Shown piece by piece: positions 8,408-17,609 of a DNA stretch of 45,486 nucleotides. Source of the stretch: Terrimicrobiaceae bacterium. GTDB taxonomy: Bacteria > Verrucomicrobiota > Verrucomicrobiia > Chthoniobacterales > Terrimicrobiaceae. The notes beneath the pieces are model-generated. The model ran no database searches, was not told where the DNA came from, and worked only from the letters and a program-made list of their open reading frames with translations. Location of the stretch: assembly GCA_041752695.1 (NCBI GenBank), contig JBGSVZ010000109.1, forward strand, positions 1 through 45,486. Direction: 5' to 3'. The position numbers and the translations under genes were made by a program. Within the stretch, counting starts at the first letter, position 1, and the number at the start of each line of letters is the position of its first letter.

Positions 8408-9669
8408 CAGAGGGGACGTTCGAGAAGGGTGAGGGCGGCGGTTTCGCCCGAGCGCATGGCGGCTTCGAAACTGCTGCTGGAAACCTGATCGCCCGCGAGG
8501 TGAAGGTTCGGATAGGGGGAATGGAGAATCCTGCGGGCAGCAAACCCCGGCGGCTGGCTCAAGGTGGCGTAAGGCACAGGGATTCGCGCGAGCATGCGCA
8601 GCTTTCCGCGCGCGGCGGGAAACACCGTGGAAATTTCGGCGATCGTCGCTTCCGCGAGGGCGGATTCGTTCAGCCCCTGTTCGTTGAGGACGGTGGCGCT
8701 GAGAAGGTGCTGACCATCAGGAGCGTATTCCGGGGCGATATTGGTGACTTGCGTAAAATGTCGCACGAGACGCCGATCCCCGGCCGGCAGGACGATCAGT
8801 TTATCGGGGAGCAGGGGGACGTCCGAGACGAGGTAAACGACGTAGACCGACGTGTGGCCCCGGCCGGTGGAGGCCAGGCCAAGGATGCGACAGGTGGAGG
8901 GTTCATCAGTGGCCAGCACCACCCGCGTCACGGGCAGCCTTTCGCCTCCCGCGAGGCGCAATGCGGTCACGCGGCGGTCGGTCGTTTCCAGGGCTTCCAC
9001 GGAGGTACCAAGTCGCAGGCGTTCCCCAGGAAGCCCGGCCGCCATTTGCGCGGGCAGATCGCCGACGCCTCCGGCCGGAATGAAGGTTCGTCCAGTCGCG
9101 AGTTTTTTCAGGTAAAACCAGAAAAGCCCTTTGCTGGTTTGCAGATCGTTGTCGATGAAGACCCCGCCGAAGAAAGGCTGGGCAAATCGGCGCAGGAACT
9201 CTTCGCTGAATCCCAGTCTCGCCAGATAGGCGCTGGTCGACTCGTCATCAGGAGCGGCACATTTTTCCAGGAGTTCTGCGTCGGAGCTCAGGATCAGGCT
9301 GGAGACGAGGCTGGTGAGTTTGACCTTGTCGGTAAATCGGAAGGCACTTGTGCCGAGATCGGAGAAAATGGCGCCGGGATGCCGCATCGGACTGCGAACG
9401 GCGAAAAACTCGCCGTCCTCCCACATGAGCGCTCCGGAATCAAAATAGCGCGGCTGCAGCGCGGGAATATTCACATGCCGACGCATCGCCGCGTAGGAGT
9501 CGGGAAACACCTGAAAACCACGGTCGAGCGTGAAACCGTCCTTGCGCACATGCCGGACGCGGCCCCCGGGTTCGGTGGCGGCTTCGAGCACGACAAATTC
9601 CTCCGCGGCTTCGTGCAGCATCTTCGCGCAGGTGAGACCGGCCAGGCCGGCTCCGACGACAGCAATCAT
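8407..9669 (-). CDS. FAD-dependent oxidoreductase (amine oxidase / protoporphyrinogen oxidase-like)
   Basis: Rossmann motif VVGAGLAGL, then GGRV, DRGFQVF and C-terminal LAGD…AMRSG. Start moved to ATG 9669 (MIAVVGAG). Confidence 0.85.
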   Translation of the reverse strand: MIAVVGAGLAGLTCAKMLHEAAEEFVVLEAATEPGGRVRHVRKDGFTLDRGFQVFPDSYAAMRRHVNIPALQPRYFDSGALMWEDGEFFAVRSPMRHPGAIFSDLGTSAFRFTDKVKLTSLVSSLILSSDAELLEKCAAPDDESTSAYLARLGFSEEFLRRFAQPFFGGVFIDNDLQTSKGLFWFYLKKLATGRTFIPAGGVGDLPAQMAAGLPGERLRLGTSVEALETTDRRVTALRLAGGERLPVTRVVLATDEPSTCRILGLASTGRGHTSVYVVYLVSDVPLLPDKLIVLPAGDRRLVRHFTQVTNIAPEYAPDGQHLLSATVLNEQGLNESALAEATIAEISTVFPAARGKLRMLARIPVPYATLSQPPGFAARRILHSPYPNLHLAGDQVSSSSFEAAMRSGETAALTLLERPL

Positions 9670-9772
9670 TATGGGGAGGCTAGCAGGAATCCCCCGGGAA
9701 CAGCCAGAGGGAGATGACGATTTTTGTGAAATTCTTGGCAAACCGCTCGGACGGATGGCATCCTGACGCCTT

Positions 9773-10813
9773 ATGAAGTATCGCACTTTCCCGGGATCCG
9801 ATCTCCCAGTGAGCGAAGTCGGGTTTGGCCTCTGGACGGTTTCAACCGGCTGGTGGGGCACCTATACCGATGACCAAGCCGTGGCTCTCATGCGCGAGGC
9901 GCTCGATCTGGGCGTCACGCTTTTCGACGCTGCAGACACCTACGGCAACGGCCGCAGCGAAGAGCTGATCGCGAAAGCTTTTGCCGACCGCCGCGAGGAC
10001 ATCGTGATCGCCACCAAGGTCGGTTACGATTTTGTCAATCACGGGGACGAACGTCGCGGACAGCGGGAAATTCCGCAGAATTTTTCGCCCGAGGCGATCC
10101 GTCAGGCCACGGAGGCCGCCCTGACCCGACTAAAAACCGACCACATCGATATCCTCCAACTGCACAATATCCGCATGGAGCAGGTGGACGACGATGCCGT
10201 GTGGGAAACGCTGGAATCGCTGCGTGCCGAAGGCAAGGTGGGGCATTACGGCGTCGCGCTCGGCCCCGCCATTGGCTGGCTGGCAGAGGGGGTGATGGCG
10301 ATCCGGAAACGCCAGCCGGCTGTGCTCCAGCACATCTACAATCTTCTGGAACAACATCCCGGCAAAACCATTCAGGACGCCGCCCGCGAATCCGAAGCAG
10401 ACACCATGTTTCTCATCCGTGTTCCACACTCCTCGGGCATGCTTGAGGGAAAATATACCGCCGACACGGTCTTTCCTGCGAACGACCACCGCAACCATCG
10501 CCCGCGCTCCTGGCTGCTCAATGGCGTGAAAAAAGTGGATCAACTTCGCTTCCTCGAACGCGGCGGCGAACGCACTCTCGGGCAGGCGGCCATCCTCTGG
10601 CTGCTGGCCGACGAGCGCGTGGCCTCGGTGCTGCCCAATATTTACGACGCCGAGCAGCTTCGCGAATTTGCCGAAGCCACCGACAAGCCGCCGCTCTCCG
10701 AGGCCGAGCGGGAGCATGTGAACGACCTGGTCGCCGCAAACTTCGGGCAGGAACGCGAAGAAGGAAGATTTAAGGGCACGATGGAACTGCCCGGGGAACT
10801 TGCCCGGGCGTGA
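9773..10813 (+). CDS. Aldo/keto reductase
   Basis: VSEVGFG, FDAADTYGNGRSE, IATKVG, LTRLKTDHIDILQLH and YNLLEQ motifs. Confidence 0.92.
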   Translation: MKYRTFPGSDLPVSEVGFGLWTVSTGWWGTYTDDQAVALMREALDLGVTLFDAADTYGNGRSEELIAKAFADRREDIVIATKVGYDFVNHGDERRGQREIPQNFSPEAIRQATEAALTRLKTDHIDILQLHNIRMEQVDDDAVWETLESLRAEGKVGHYGVALGPAIGWLAEGVMAIRKRQPAVLQHIYNLLEQHPGKTIQDAARESEADTMFLIRVPHSSGMLEGKYTADTVFPANDHRNHRPRSWLLNGVKKVDQLRFLERGGERTLGQAAILWLLADERVASVLPNIYDAEQLREFAEATDKPPLSEAEREHVNDLVAANFGQEREEGRFKGTMELPGELARA

Positions 10814-11523
10814 AGGCGTTTGTCCGGCGTGTTCTCAGGCGTCCGCCCAAGCCTGCCGCGCCGACTGGCCGTCCGCGGCTGATCCTCTTTGATTTCGACG
10901 GGACAATCGCCGACACGTTTGACGACGGTTTCGAGATCCTCAACCAACTGGCCGGCGAGTTTGGTTTCCGTCCCCTGCTCAAAGAGGATCTGGGCAAAGC
11001 CCGCGACATGCGCACGCGGGAACTGATGAAGTTTCTCGGCATTCCCATGCGGAAAATGAGCCGCATCGCGCGTCGCGGCAGCGAGGAACTTCATGCGCGG
11101 ATGCCGGGAGTGAAACCGTTGGAAGGCCTGCCCGGCTTGCTCCGCGAATTGCACGCCGCCGGGTATCAACTCGGCATCGTGACGTCTAACACCGAAGCCA
11201 ATGTACGGCTCTTTCTGCAAAAATTCGATCTGGAGATCTTCGACTTTATCCGGAGCTCCTCGAAGCTTCTGGGCAAGGCGCACGAAATCAAAGGCGTGAT
11301 CAAATCTCACAAAATTCCGGCGGCCGACATCCTCTTCATTGGCGACGAAACCCGCGACATCGAGGCTTCCCAAAAGGCCGGCATCCGCATCGCAGCGGTC
11401 ACCTGGGGCTACAACAGCCGTCGCTCCATTGAGGCGATGAAACCGGATCATGTTTTCGACAGCGCCGCCGAACTCTCGGCCATGCTCCTGGCCTTTCCGG
11501 AGGTTCCAGCGGAGCCGAAGTGA
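10810..11523 (+). CDS. HAD-superfamily hydrolase (phosphoglycolate phosphatase-like)
   Basis: FDFDGTIADT, IVTSN, IGDETRD and VTWGY motifs; GTGA overlap with the upstream gene. Confidence 0.88.
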   Translation: MKAFVRRVLRRPPKPAAPTGRPRLILFDFDGTIADTFDDGFEILNQLAGEFGFRPLLKEDLGKARDMRTRELMKFLGIPMRKMSRIARRGSEELHARMPGVKPLEGLPGLLRELHAAGYQLGIVTSNTEANVRLFLQKFDLEIFDFIRSSSKLLGKAHEIKGVIKSHKIPAADILFIGDETRDIEASQKAGIRIAAVTWGYNSRRSIEAMKPDHVFDSAAELSAMLLAFPEVPAEPK

Positions 11524-11526
11524 TCC

Positions 11527-11599
11527 GGTAGGGAGGGTTGTCCCAACCCTCCGTCGTCGCGCAGGAGATCACGGAGCGTTGGGGACAACGCTCCCTACC
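11527..11599. repeat. Inverted pair of GTAG-type REP-like palindromes (REPIN-like) between convergent genes
   Basis: GGTAGGGAGGGTTGTCCCAACCCTCCG at 11527-11553, and on the opposite strand GGTAGGGAGCGTTGTCCCCAACGCTCCG at 11572-11599. Each is a GTAG tetramer followed by a hairpin. Confidence 0.8.
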
Positions 11600-11607
11600 T
11601 TTTTGGC

Positions 11608-13206
11608 CTAAAGCTGGATCACTTTCGCGCTCGCAATGGCGGGATCGGCCAGGAGACTGGCGAGGACTTCAGCGCCTGGGGCGCTGTCGAGGTTCAGCAA
11701 CGTAAGGGCGGTGCCCCCAGCTTCATTGCGGGAGAGCGACATGCTGGCGATGTTCACCGCATGGGAGCCAAGGATGGTTCCCACTTTGCCGACGATACCG
11801 GGGACGTCGTGATTTTCCAAAAGGAGGACGACGCCGTTCGGAGTGACCTCGACCGGACGGCTGTTGAGCCGCACAATCCGGGGTTCGTTTTTCGCGCCGA
11901 AAAACGTCCCGCCCAGCGAGATCTTGGAGTCCTCGCTCCAGACGGCAACGTGGAGCCATTCGTTGAAATCGGTTTGTTCGCTGCTTTTGATTTCCTCGAC
12001 GAGGATGCCGAGGGTGGAAGCCATGGAGCGGACGTTGACGCTGTTGACCTCCTCGCCGCCGGCATGCTTGAGAAAGCCGGTGAGAATGGCGCGGGTGATG
12101 GCGTCGGTCGGGAGCTCGATGGCCTTGCCGCCGTAGGTGATGACGATGCGGTCGTTGCGATTGGGAGCCAGCTGCGCGGCAAAGCGGCCGAGTTTGTCGC
12201 CCAGGGTGAGGTAGGGTTTCACGACGGCAAACGTCTTGGCGTCGATGCTGGGCATGTTGACCGCGTTGCGAATTTCGCCGTCGAGGAGCGCGGCGCGGAT
12301 GGCCTGGGCAATTTCGATGCCGACATTTTCCTGGGCTTCCGCGGTGGACGCACCGAGGTGCGGAGTGAAGACGATGTTGTCCAGAGCGCGCAGCGGGAAG
12401 TCGGCGGGCGGGGGTTCGACTTCGTAAACGTCGAGGGCGGCGGCGGCGACCTGCTTGGATTTGAGAGCCTCGCCGAGGGCGGATTCATCGATGAGTCCCC
12501 CGCGGGCGCAGTTGACGATGCGGATCCCCTTTTTGCAGAGGGAAAGACGGCGCGCATCAATCATATGCTTCGTTTCCTCGGTGAGTGGCATGTGCATGGT
12601 GAGGAAATCACAGCGCGGCAAAAGGTCGTCAATCTGCTCGATCAGTTCGACCTGAAGACTGCGCGCTTTGCTGACCGAAAGGTAGGGATCGTAAGCGACG
12701 ACCCGCATGCCAAAGGCTATGGCGCGGCGGGCGATCTCGCTGCCGATGCGGCCCATGCCAAGGATGCCGAGGGTTTTGTCGTAAAGTTCCACGCCCTCGT
12801 ATTTTTTGCGGTCCCACTTGCCGGCTTTCACGCTGGCGTCCGCCTGCGGGATGCTGCGGGCGATGGAGACGAGGAGGGAAAAAGCGTGCTCCGCGGTGGA
12901 GATAGTGTTCCCGCCGGGGGTGTTCATCACGATGACCCCACGTTTGGTTGCGGCGTCGACGTCCACGTTGTCCACGCCCACTCCGGCTCGGCCGACCACC
13001 TTCAGGTTTTTCGCGGCTTCGAGGATGGCGGCGGTGACTTTCGTCTGGCTGCGGACCACCAGGGCGGAGAATTCGGGAATGATCTTGATGATCTCGGCTT
13101 CGGGCAGGCCGGTCTTGACGATGACTTCAAGGGTGCCGCCAGAGGAGAGCTCCTCCACACCACGTTGGGAGACAGGATCGGCGACGAGGACTTTCGGAAC
13201 TTGCAT
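11608..13206 (-). CDS. serA: D-3-phosphoglycerate dehydrogenase (long form with ASB and ACT domains)
   Basis: GRAGVGVDNVD, NTISTAEH, GMGRIG, NCARGG, TPHLGAST.EAQ motifs and a C-terminal ACT domain (DVPGIVGKVGTILG..VNIASM). Confidence 0.96.
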   Translation of the reverse strand: MQVPKVLVADPVSQRGVEELSSGGTLEVIVKTGLPEAEIIKIIPEFSALVVRSQTKVTAAILEAAKNLKVVGRAGVGVDNVDVDAATKRGVIVMNTPGGNTISTAEHAFSLLVSIARSIPQADASVKAGKWDRKKYEGVELYDKTLGILGMGRIGSEIARRAIAFGMRVVAYDPYLSVSKARSLQVELIEQIDDLLPRCDFLTMHMPLTEETKHMIDARRLSLCKKGIRIVNCARGGLIDESALGEALKSKQVAAAALDVYEVEPPPADFPLRALDNIVFTPHLGASTAEAQENVGIEIAQAIRAALLDGEIRNAVNMPSIDAKTFAVVKPYLTLGDKLGRFAAQLAPNRNDRIVITYGGKAIELPTDAITRAILTGFLKHAGGEEVNSVNVRSMASTLGILVEEIKSSEQTDFNEWLHVAVWSEDSKISLGGTFFGAKNEPRIVRLNSRPVEVTPNGVVLLLENHDVPGIVGKVGTILGSHAVNIASMSLSRNEAGGTALTLLNLDSAPGAEVLASLLADPAIASAKVIQL

Positions 13207-13216
13207 AGAGCCCGCC

Positions 13217-13246
13217 ACGTTAGGCAGGCGGCGCAGGAGATGTCAA
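13217..13246 (-). promoter_or_regulatory. Sigma70-type promoter for serA
   Basis: TTGACA (13246-13241), 18-nt spacer, TAACGT (13222-13217), 10 nt upstream of ATG 13206. Confidence 0.6.
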
Positions 13247-13268
13247 AGCCTGCCCGGGGTGGGATTTT

Positions 13269-14156
13269 TTAAAGACCCGCGGTCAGCTGCTTTTTACGGC
13301 GCTTCTGAGACGCAGCGACCTTGGTCAGGAGACCGGCCAGATCCTCAATTCGACAGGGTTTGGTGAGATAGTCGTCCATCCCCGAGTCGAGGCAGCGGGC
13401 CTTATCGCCCGGCAGGGCGAACGCGGTGAGCGCAGCGATGAAGGGACGATGTTCTCCCGGAAGGGCCCGGATCTGGCGGGTGGCCGTGATGCCATCCATC
13501 AGCGGCATATGGATGTCCATGAGGATCAGGTCAAAAGCGTTCTCAGCGGCCATATGAACGCCCTCCTCGCCGTCCTGTGCGATGCGACAGGCGTAACCGA
13601 GGTGGCGGAGGCATTCCTGGGCAACGCGCTGGTTGACTTCATTGTCCTCGACCACCAGCACGGAAAAGTCTCCGAGGGTGGGTGCCGTGGCTGCTGGAGG
13701 GGGGACGTTGCGGGCGCTGAAGAGAGAGGGAATGGTGAACCATGCCGTGGCGGAATTTGTTCCCTGGGTCTGACGGCCCGTTTCTCCGCCCAGTTGAGCG
13801 GCGAGTTCCTGCGCCGCCCGGGGGATGGTCACTTCGGCAGCCCCATGAAGTTCAAACCGCAACACGCAGGCGTGGGGATTGTCGGTTTCAAACACAAACA
13901 CCGTGAGACCGCGCGAGGGAGGGATGACACTGCAGTGGTCGAGGAGGAGGGTCAGAAGTTCGGAGAGGGCCGCTCCGTTGCAGAGAACGGCGGAGGGGAC
14001 CCGGGGCTCGAAGACGGCGTTGACGAGGATCAATGGGTTACGCGTGGAAAAGTGCCCGAGTGTCTCCTCCACGCACGGCCTGAGCTGGCAGGGTTGGACG
14101 GAGGGGACACGCATAGGGGGTGCCGAAAGATTCGTGCGGAATCCCCGCTTGTCCAT
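13269..14156 (-). CDS. Response regulator: C-terminal receiver domain with a degenerate HATPase-like N-terminal region
   Basis: Receiver motifs VLVVEDNEVN, DLILMDIHMP.MDG, ALTA and GMDDYLTKP. The N-terminus resembles an eroded kinase ATPase domain (LSELLTLLLDH, LGGE.G, TAWFTIP). Start is 14156 or 14114. Confidence 0.8.
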   Translation of the reverse strand: MDKRGFRTNLSAPPMRVPSVQPCQLRPCVEETLGHFSTRNPLILVNAVFEPRVPSAVLCNGAALSELLTLLLDHCSVIPPSRGLTVFVFETDNPHACVLRFELHGAAEVTIPRAAQELAAQLGGETGRQTQGTNSATAWFTIPSLFSARNVPPPAATAPTLGDFSVLVVEDNEVNQRVAQECLRHLGYACRIAQDGEEGVHMAAENAFDLILMDIHMPLMDGITATRQIRALPGEHRPFIAALTAFALPGDKARCLDSGMDDYLTKPCRIEDLAGLLTKVAASQKRRKKQLTAGL

Positions 14157-14210
14157 GGATTTTTCACGGGTTTCCGCTTGTCTGTGAGCCTGACTGGGCA
14201 ATTGTGCAGC

Positions 14211-15278
14211 GTGAAGTGGTCATTTCGCGTTGCGACGGTTTCCGGCATTCAGGTGCGCATTCATGCGACCTTCGTGTTGCTGGTGGGACTGTATGCGTGG
14301 ATGGGCTATCTCAGTGACGGTTGGGAAGGCGCGCAGACATCGGTCGTCTTTGTGCTGCTGCTCTTCTTCTGCGTGTTGTTGCATGAGTTTGGCCATGCTT
14401 TCGCGGCGCGCGCCTTTGGGATTCGCACGCCGGACATTACCCTGCTGCCGCTTGGGGGCTTGGCGAGGTTGGAAAGAATGCCGTCCTCGCCGTGGCAGGA
14501 ATTGGTGATCGCGGTGGCAGGGCCGGCGGTGAATGTGGCAATTGTTGCCGGTCTTTTGCTCCTTCCGGCGGAGAAAATCCACTGGAATGATTTGCTGGAT
14601 ATTTCGGCGGGCGAGGGCTTGATTGCTGGCCTGCTGAAGTTGAATTGCCTGCTCATCGCTTTCAATATGATTCCGGCATTTCCGATGGATGGCGGGCGTG
14701 TGTTGCGGGCGCTGCTGGCCACGCGCCTCCGGCATTCCCTGGCCACTCTCATTGCGGCCCGGGTGGGGCAGGGCATTGCGGTGCTTTTTGTGCTGGCGGC
14801 CCTGCAAGGCAACCCGATGCTGATGGTGATCGGAGTTTTTGTTTTTATCGGAGCCCAGCAGGAACTGACCTATGCCAAAATGCGGGAGGCTGCGCGCAAT
14901 TATCGCGTGGGGGAAATCATGGAAACCCGCTACGACACCCTGGCCGAATCCATGCCGCTCGGCGAACTCTCCAACGTGCTCCTCGGGAGCAATCAAAATG
15001 TCTTCCCTCTGGTGGGCGAGGATTTGGAATTCCGGGGCTTTGCCGAACGCGGCGAATTGTTGGAAGCGGCTGGCCACCGGCCGGCCGAAACACCGGCGTC
15101 CGAATGTGCCAAAAAGGTCGAAACCCTGCGCACGGATACCGCCCTGGAGGATGCGCTCGAAACGATGCAAAAGACCCAGCAACCGCTTCTTCCGGTGGTC
15201 AATGGCAGTGGGCAGTTGGTCGGACTCGTCGATGTGGATCAACTGGTCGAACTCGCCCGCAGTGGGAAATCCTCATGA
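14211..15278 (+). CDS. Site-2 protease (peptidase M50) with C-terminal CBS domains
   Basis: HEFGH zinc motif, AGPAVN, FNMIPAFPMDGGRVLRA and a CBS pair. GTG start at 14211 (MKWSFRV). Confidence 0.92.
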   Translation: MKWSFRVATVSGIQVRIHATFVLLVGLYAWMGYLSDGWEGAQTSVVFVLLLFFCVLLHEFGHAFAARAFGIRTPDITLLPLGGLARLERMPSSPWQELVIAVAGPAVNVAIVAGLLLLPAEKIHWNDLLDISAGEGLIAGLLKLNCLLIAFNMIPAFPMDGGRVLRALLATRLRHSLATLIAARVGQGIAVLFVLAALQGNPMLMVIGVFVFIGAQQELTYAKMREAARNYRVGEIMETRYDTLAESMPLGELSNVLLGSNQNVFPLVGEDLEFRGFAERGELLEAAGHRPAETPASECAKKVETLRTDTALEDALETMQKTQQPLLPVVNGSGQLVGLVDVDQLVELARSGKSS

Positions 15279-15434
15279 ACTTTTTCAGGTTTTTTTCGAA
15301 AAACGCTTGCAGACATAAGTTGGTCTGATAGTTGGTTTTCTTTCGCCCGAACCAGATAAATGGAAGGAAGTGGCGACGGGATTCTCCAGTCTCGTCGAGG
15401 TCGCGCTTCCCTGGTGTCTCGAAAAACTCTCCCG

Positions 15435-16307
15435 ATGACTTTCCCGTCCATTATTGCCGCCGGTCTCACGTTGAACGCTCCCAGCTTCAGCGAGGAACAC
15501 CTTGGGGTTTCGTATCTCGAGTGGCTGACCAATTCGATCGTTGCCACTTTCATTGTCGTCGCGACAATCATCTACCTGGCTCGTCAGGCCACCCGTCGCC
15601 TGGAGATTATCCCGGGCCCGTCCCAGAACATGTTTGAGGCTGTGATGGTGATTCTTTACGACACGCTGGAAGGGATTGTTGGCAAACACATGGTCGGTAA
15701 AGTTTTCAGCCTGCTCGCCACGCTCTTTCTCTTTATTCTCACCGCCAACTGGTTCGGACTTTTCCCCGGCGTGGGGTCGATCGGGTGGGGGGAAGTGACC
15801 GGCAGTTTCCGCTACATCTCCCACGTGGACGTGCCCATTCTGCGCCCGACCACGGCGGATCTGAATATGACCCTCGGCATGGCGGTCATCTTCATGTGTT
15901 TCTGGGCCTACTGGACATTCTCCGAGGTGGGCGTCTGGGGATTTTTGAAGCATGAGTTTGGCGTGAAGGGTGGCATGACGGGTGTCATGGCCATGTTGCT
16001 CGCCCCGATCTTTTTCTTCGTCGGAATCATTGAAATCGTCTCCATCGGCTTCCGCCCTATTTCGCTCTCCCTGCGTCTGTTCGGCAACGTCTTCGCTGGC
16101 GAAAACCTGCTCACCACCATGATCACCCTGGGTCAGACCCTTGGTATGCCGGGCTGGATGTCGGCGATCATCAGTGTGATCGTTCCCATTCCCTTTTATT
16201 TCCTCGAATTGCTGGTCGGCCTGCTCCAGGCCATGGTGTTTGTCCTTCTTTGCTCGGTGTATATCCAGCTCTCCACCACCCACGACGAAGAGGAAGCGCA
16301 TCACTGA
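15435..16307 (+). CDS. atpB: F0F1 ATP synthase subunit a
   Basis: PTTADLN.T, RPISLSLRLFGNVFAGE and ELLVGLLQAMVF motifs; first gene of the operon. Confidence 0.95.
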   Translation: MTFPSIIAAGLTLNAPSFSEEHLGVSYLEWLTNSIVATFIVVATIIYLARQATRRLEIIPGPSQNMFEAVMVILYDTLEGIVGKHMVGKVFSLLATLFLFILTANWFGLFPGVGSIGWGEVTGSFRYISHVDVPILRPTTADLNMTLGMAVIFMCFWAYWTFSEVGVWGFLKHEFGVKGGMTGVMAMLLAPIFFFVGIIEIVSIGFRPISLSLRLFGNVFAGENLLTTMITLGQTLGMPGWMSAIISVIVPIPFYFLELLVGLLQAMVFVLLCSVYIQLSTTHDEEEAHH

Positions 16308-16381
16308 CCTAAACACTTTTCCTGCCGGGACCGTGGCAAGACTGCGGGCGGCGGAAATAACAACACAACCAACTAGAAAAC

Positions 16382-16627
16382 ATGACAACTCCACTCCTTC
16401 TCGCCGCTGATGCAGTCGCAGCTTCCGGCGTCACTGGTAGCCTTCCCCTCGCCGTCGCCGGCATGGGTGCGGCCATCGGCATCGGTCTGATCGGCGCCAA
16501 AGCCGTCGAAGCCGTCGGTCGTAATCCCGGCGCTTTCGGCAAGGTTCTGCCTCTGGCCATTCTGGGCATGGCGCTGGCGGAAGCCATCGCGATTTACGCC
16601 CTGATCATGAACCTTCTCGGTAAGTAA
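16382..16627 (+). CDS. atpE: F0F1 ATP synthase subunit c
   Basis: GAAIGIG, RNP loop and ion-binding Glu in ALAEAIAIY. Confidence 0.96.
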   Translation: MTTPLLLAADAVAASGVTGSLPLAVAGMGAAIGIGLIGAKAVEAVGRNPGAFGKVLPLAILGMALAEAIAIYALIMNLLGK

Positions 16628-16635
16628 TGATCTTC

Positions 16636-16668
16636 TCCGGGGGTCGTCCCATCAGGACGATCCCCGGA
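16636..16668 (+). promoter_or_regulatory. Strong stem-loop just downstream of atpE
   Basis: TCCGGGGGTCGTCC-CATCA-GGACGATCCCCGGA: 14-bp stem with one G-U pair and no adjacent U tract. Confidence 0.65.
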
Positions 16669-16696
16669 CGATCAGCCTCCGCTGTTTTCTGATATT

Positions 16697-17194
16697 ATGG
16701 AAATTTTTACAACTTTTGGCGTCTCCTGGGGCAAGTTCATTGCCCAGATCATTCTTTTCCTGATCGTTTATTGGGTGCTGAAAAAATACGCCTTCGGCCC
16801 GATTCTCGAAGTCCTCAACGAGCGTCGCCGCCGCATCGAAGAAGGCCAGCACAACGCGGAAAAAATCAAAAAGCAGCTCGCCGAGGCGGAACTCCGTTAT
16901 CAGGAGGTCCTGCGCAAGGCCAACGAAGAGGCCACTCGTCTCATCGAGGAAGCCCGCACCAGCACGGAAGCCCACACTCAGAAACAGCTCCAACAGGCCA
17001 TCAAGGACGCCGAGGGCATCATCGCCAAGGCGCACGAAGGCATCGTCCAGGAGCGCCATAAGATGGTCGCCGAAGTTAAAAAAGAAATGGTCGAACTCGT
17101 CGTTCACACCACCGCCAAGGTGGTTGGCAAGGTCATCACCCCGGAGGACCAAAAGCGTCTCTCCGAAGAAACCTCCCGCCAACTCGCCGCCTGA
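16697..17194 (+). CDS. atpF: F0F1 ATP synthase subunit b
   Basis: N-terminal TM segment, PILEVLNERRRRIEEG and a long coiled coil; operon position. Confidence 0.95.
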   Translation: MEIFTTFGVSWGKFIAQIILFLIVYWVLKKYAFGPILEVLNERRRRIEEGQHNAEKIKKQLAEAELRYQEVLRKANEEATRLIEEARTSTEAHTQKQLQQAIKDAEGIIAKAHEGIVQERHKMVAEVKKEMVELVVHTTAKVVGKVITPEDQKRLSEETSRQLAA

Positions 17195-17201
17195 CCCACC
17201 C

Positions 17202-17594
17202 ATGAAGATTAGCCGGGAAGCCCGCCGCACCGCTCGTGAGTTGTTTCGACTCAGCCTGGTGAATGGCCATGTGAATGCCAGCCGCGCGGAGGAAATCTCC
17301 AGCGCCCTCGTCGCCGAGCGGCCTCGCAGCTATCTCGCAATCCTCAAAGAATTCGCCCGACTCGTGCGGCTCGAACTCTCCAAGCGCCACGCTGTGATCG
17401 AAAGCCCGGTTGCGCTCGACCCTTCCTCGGTGAAAGAAATCACCGGCAATCTCCAGAAAAAATTCGGCGGTGACATCACGACCGAATTTCTCATCAACCC
17501 CGCGTTGCTTGGGGGCTTGCGCATCAAGCTCGGCAGCGACGTCTGGGACGGCAGCATCAGCAGCCGCCTTTCCATCCTTTCCAAACAAATTTAA
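17202..17594 (+). CDS. atpH: F0F1 ATP synthase subunit delta (short, about 130 aa)
   Basis: C-terminal INPALLGGLRIKLGSDVWDGSI..RL motif; lies between atpF and atpA. Confidence 0.9.
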   Translation: MKISREARRTARELFRLSLVNGHVNASRAEEISSALVAERPRSYLAILKEFARLVRLELSKRHAVIESPVALDPSSVKEITGNLQKKFGGDITTEFLINPALLGGLRIKLGSDVWDGSISSRLSILSKQI

Positions 17595-17609
17595 AATCCC
17601 GGTCCATCC

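Noticed and set aside
13449..14210. N-terminal 254 aa of the 609-aa ORF, suggesting a large S2P fusion
   Set aside because: It is the antisense shadow of the response regulator; S2P similarity starts at GTG 14211.
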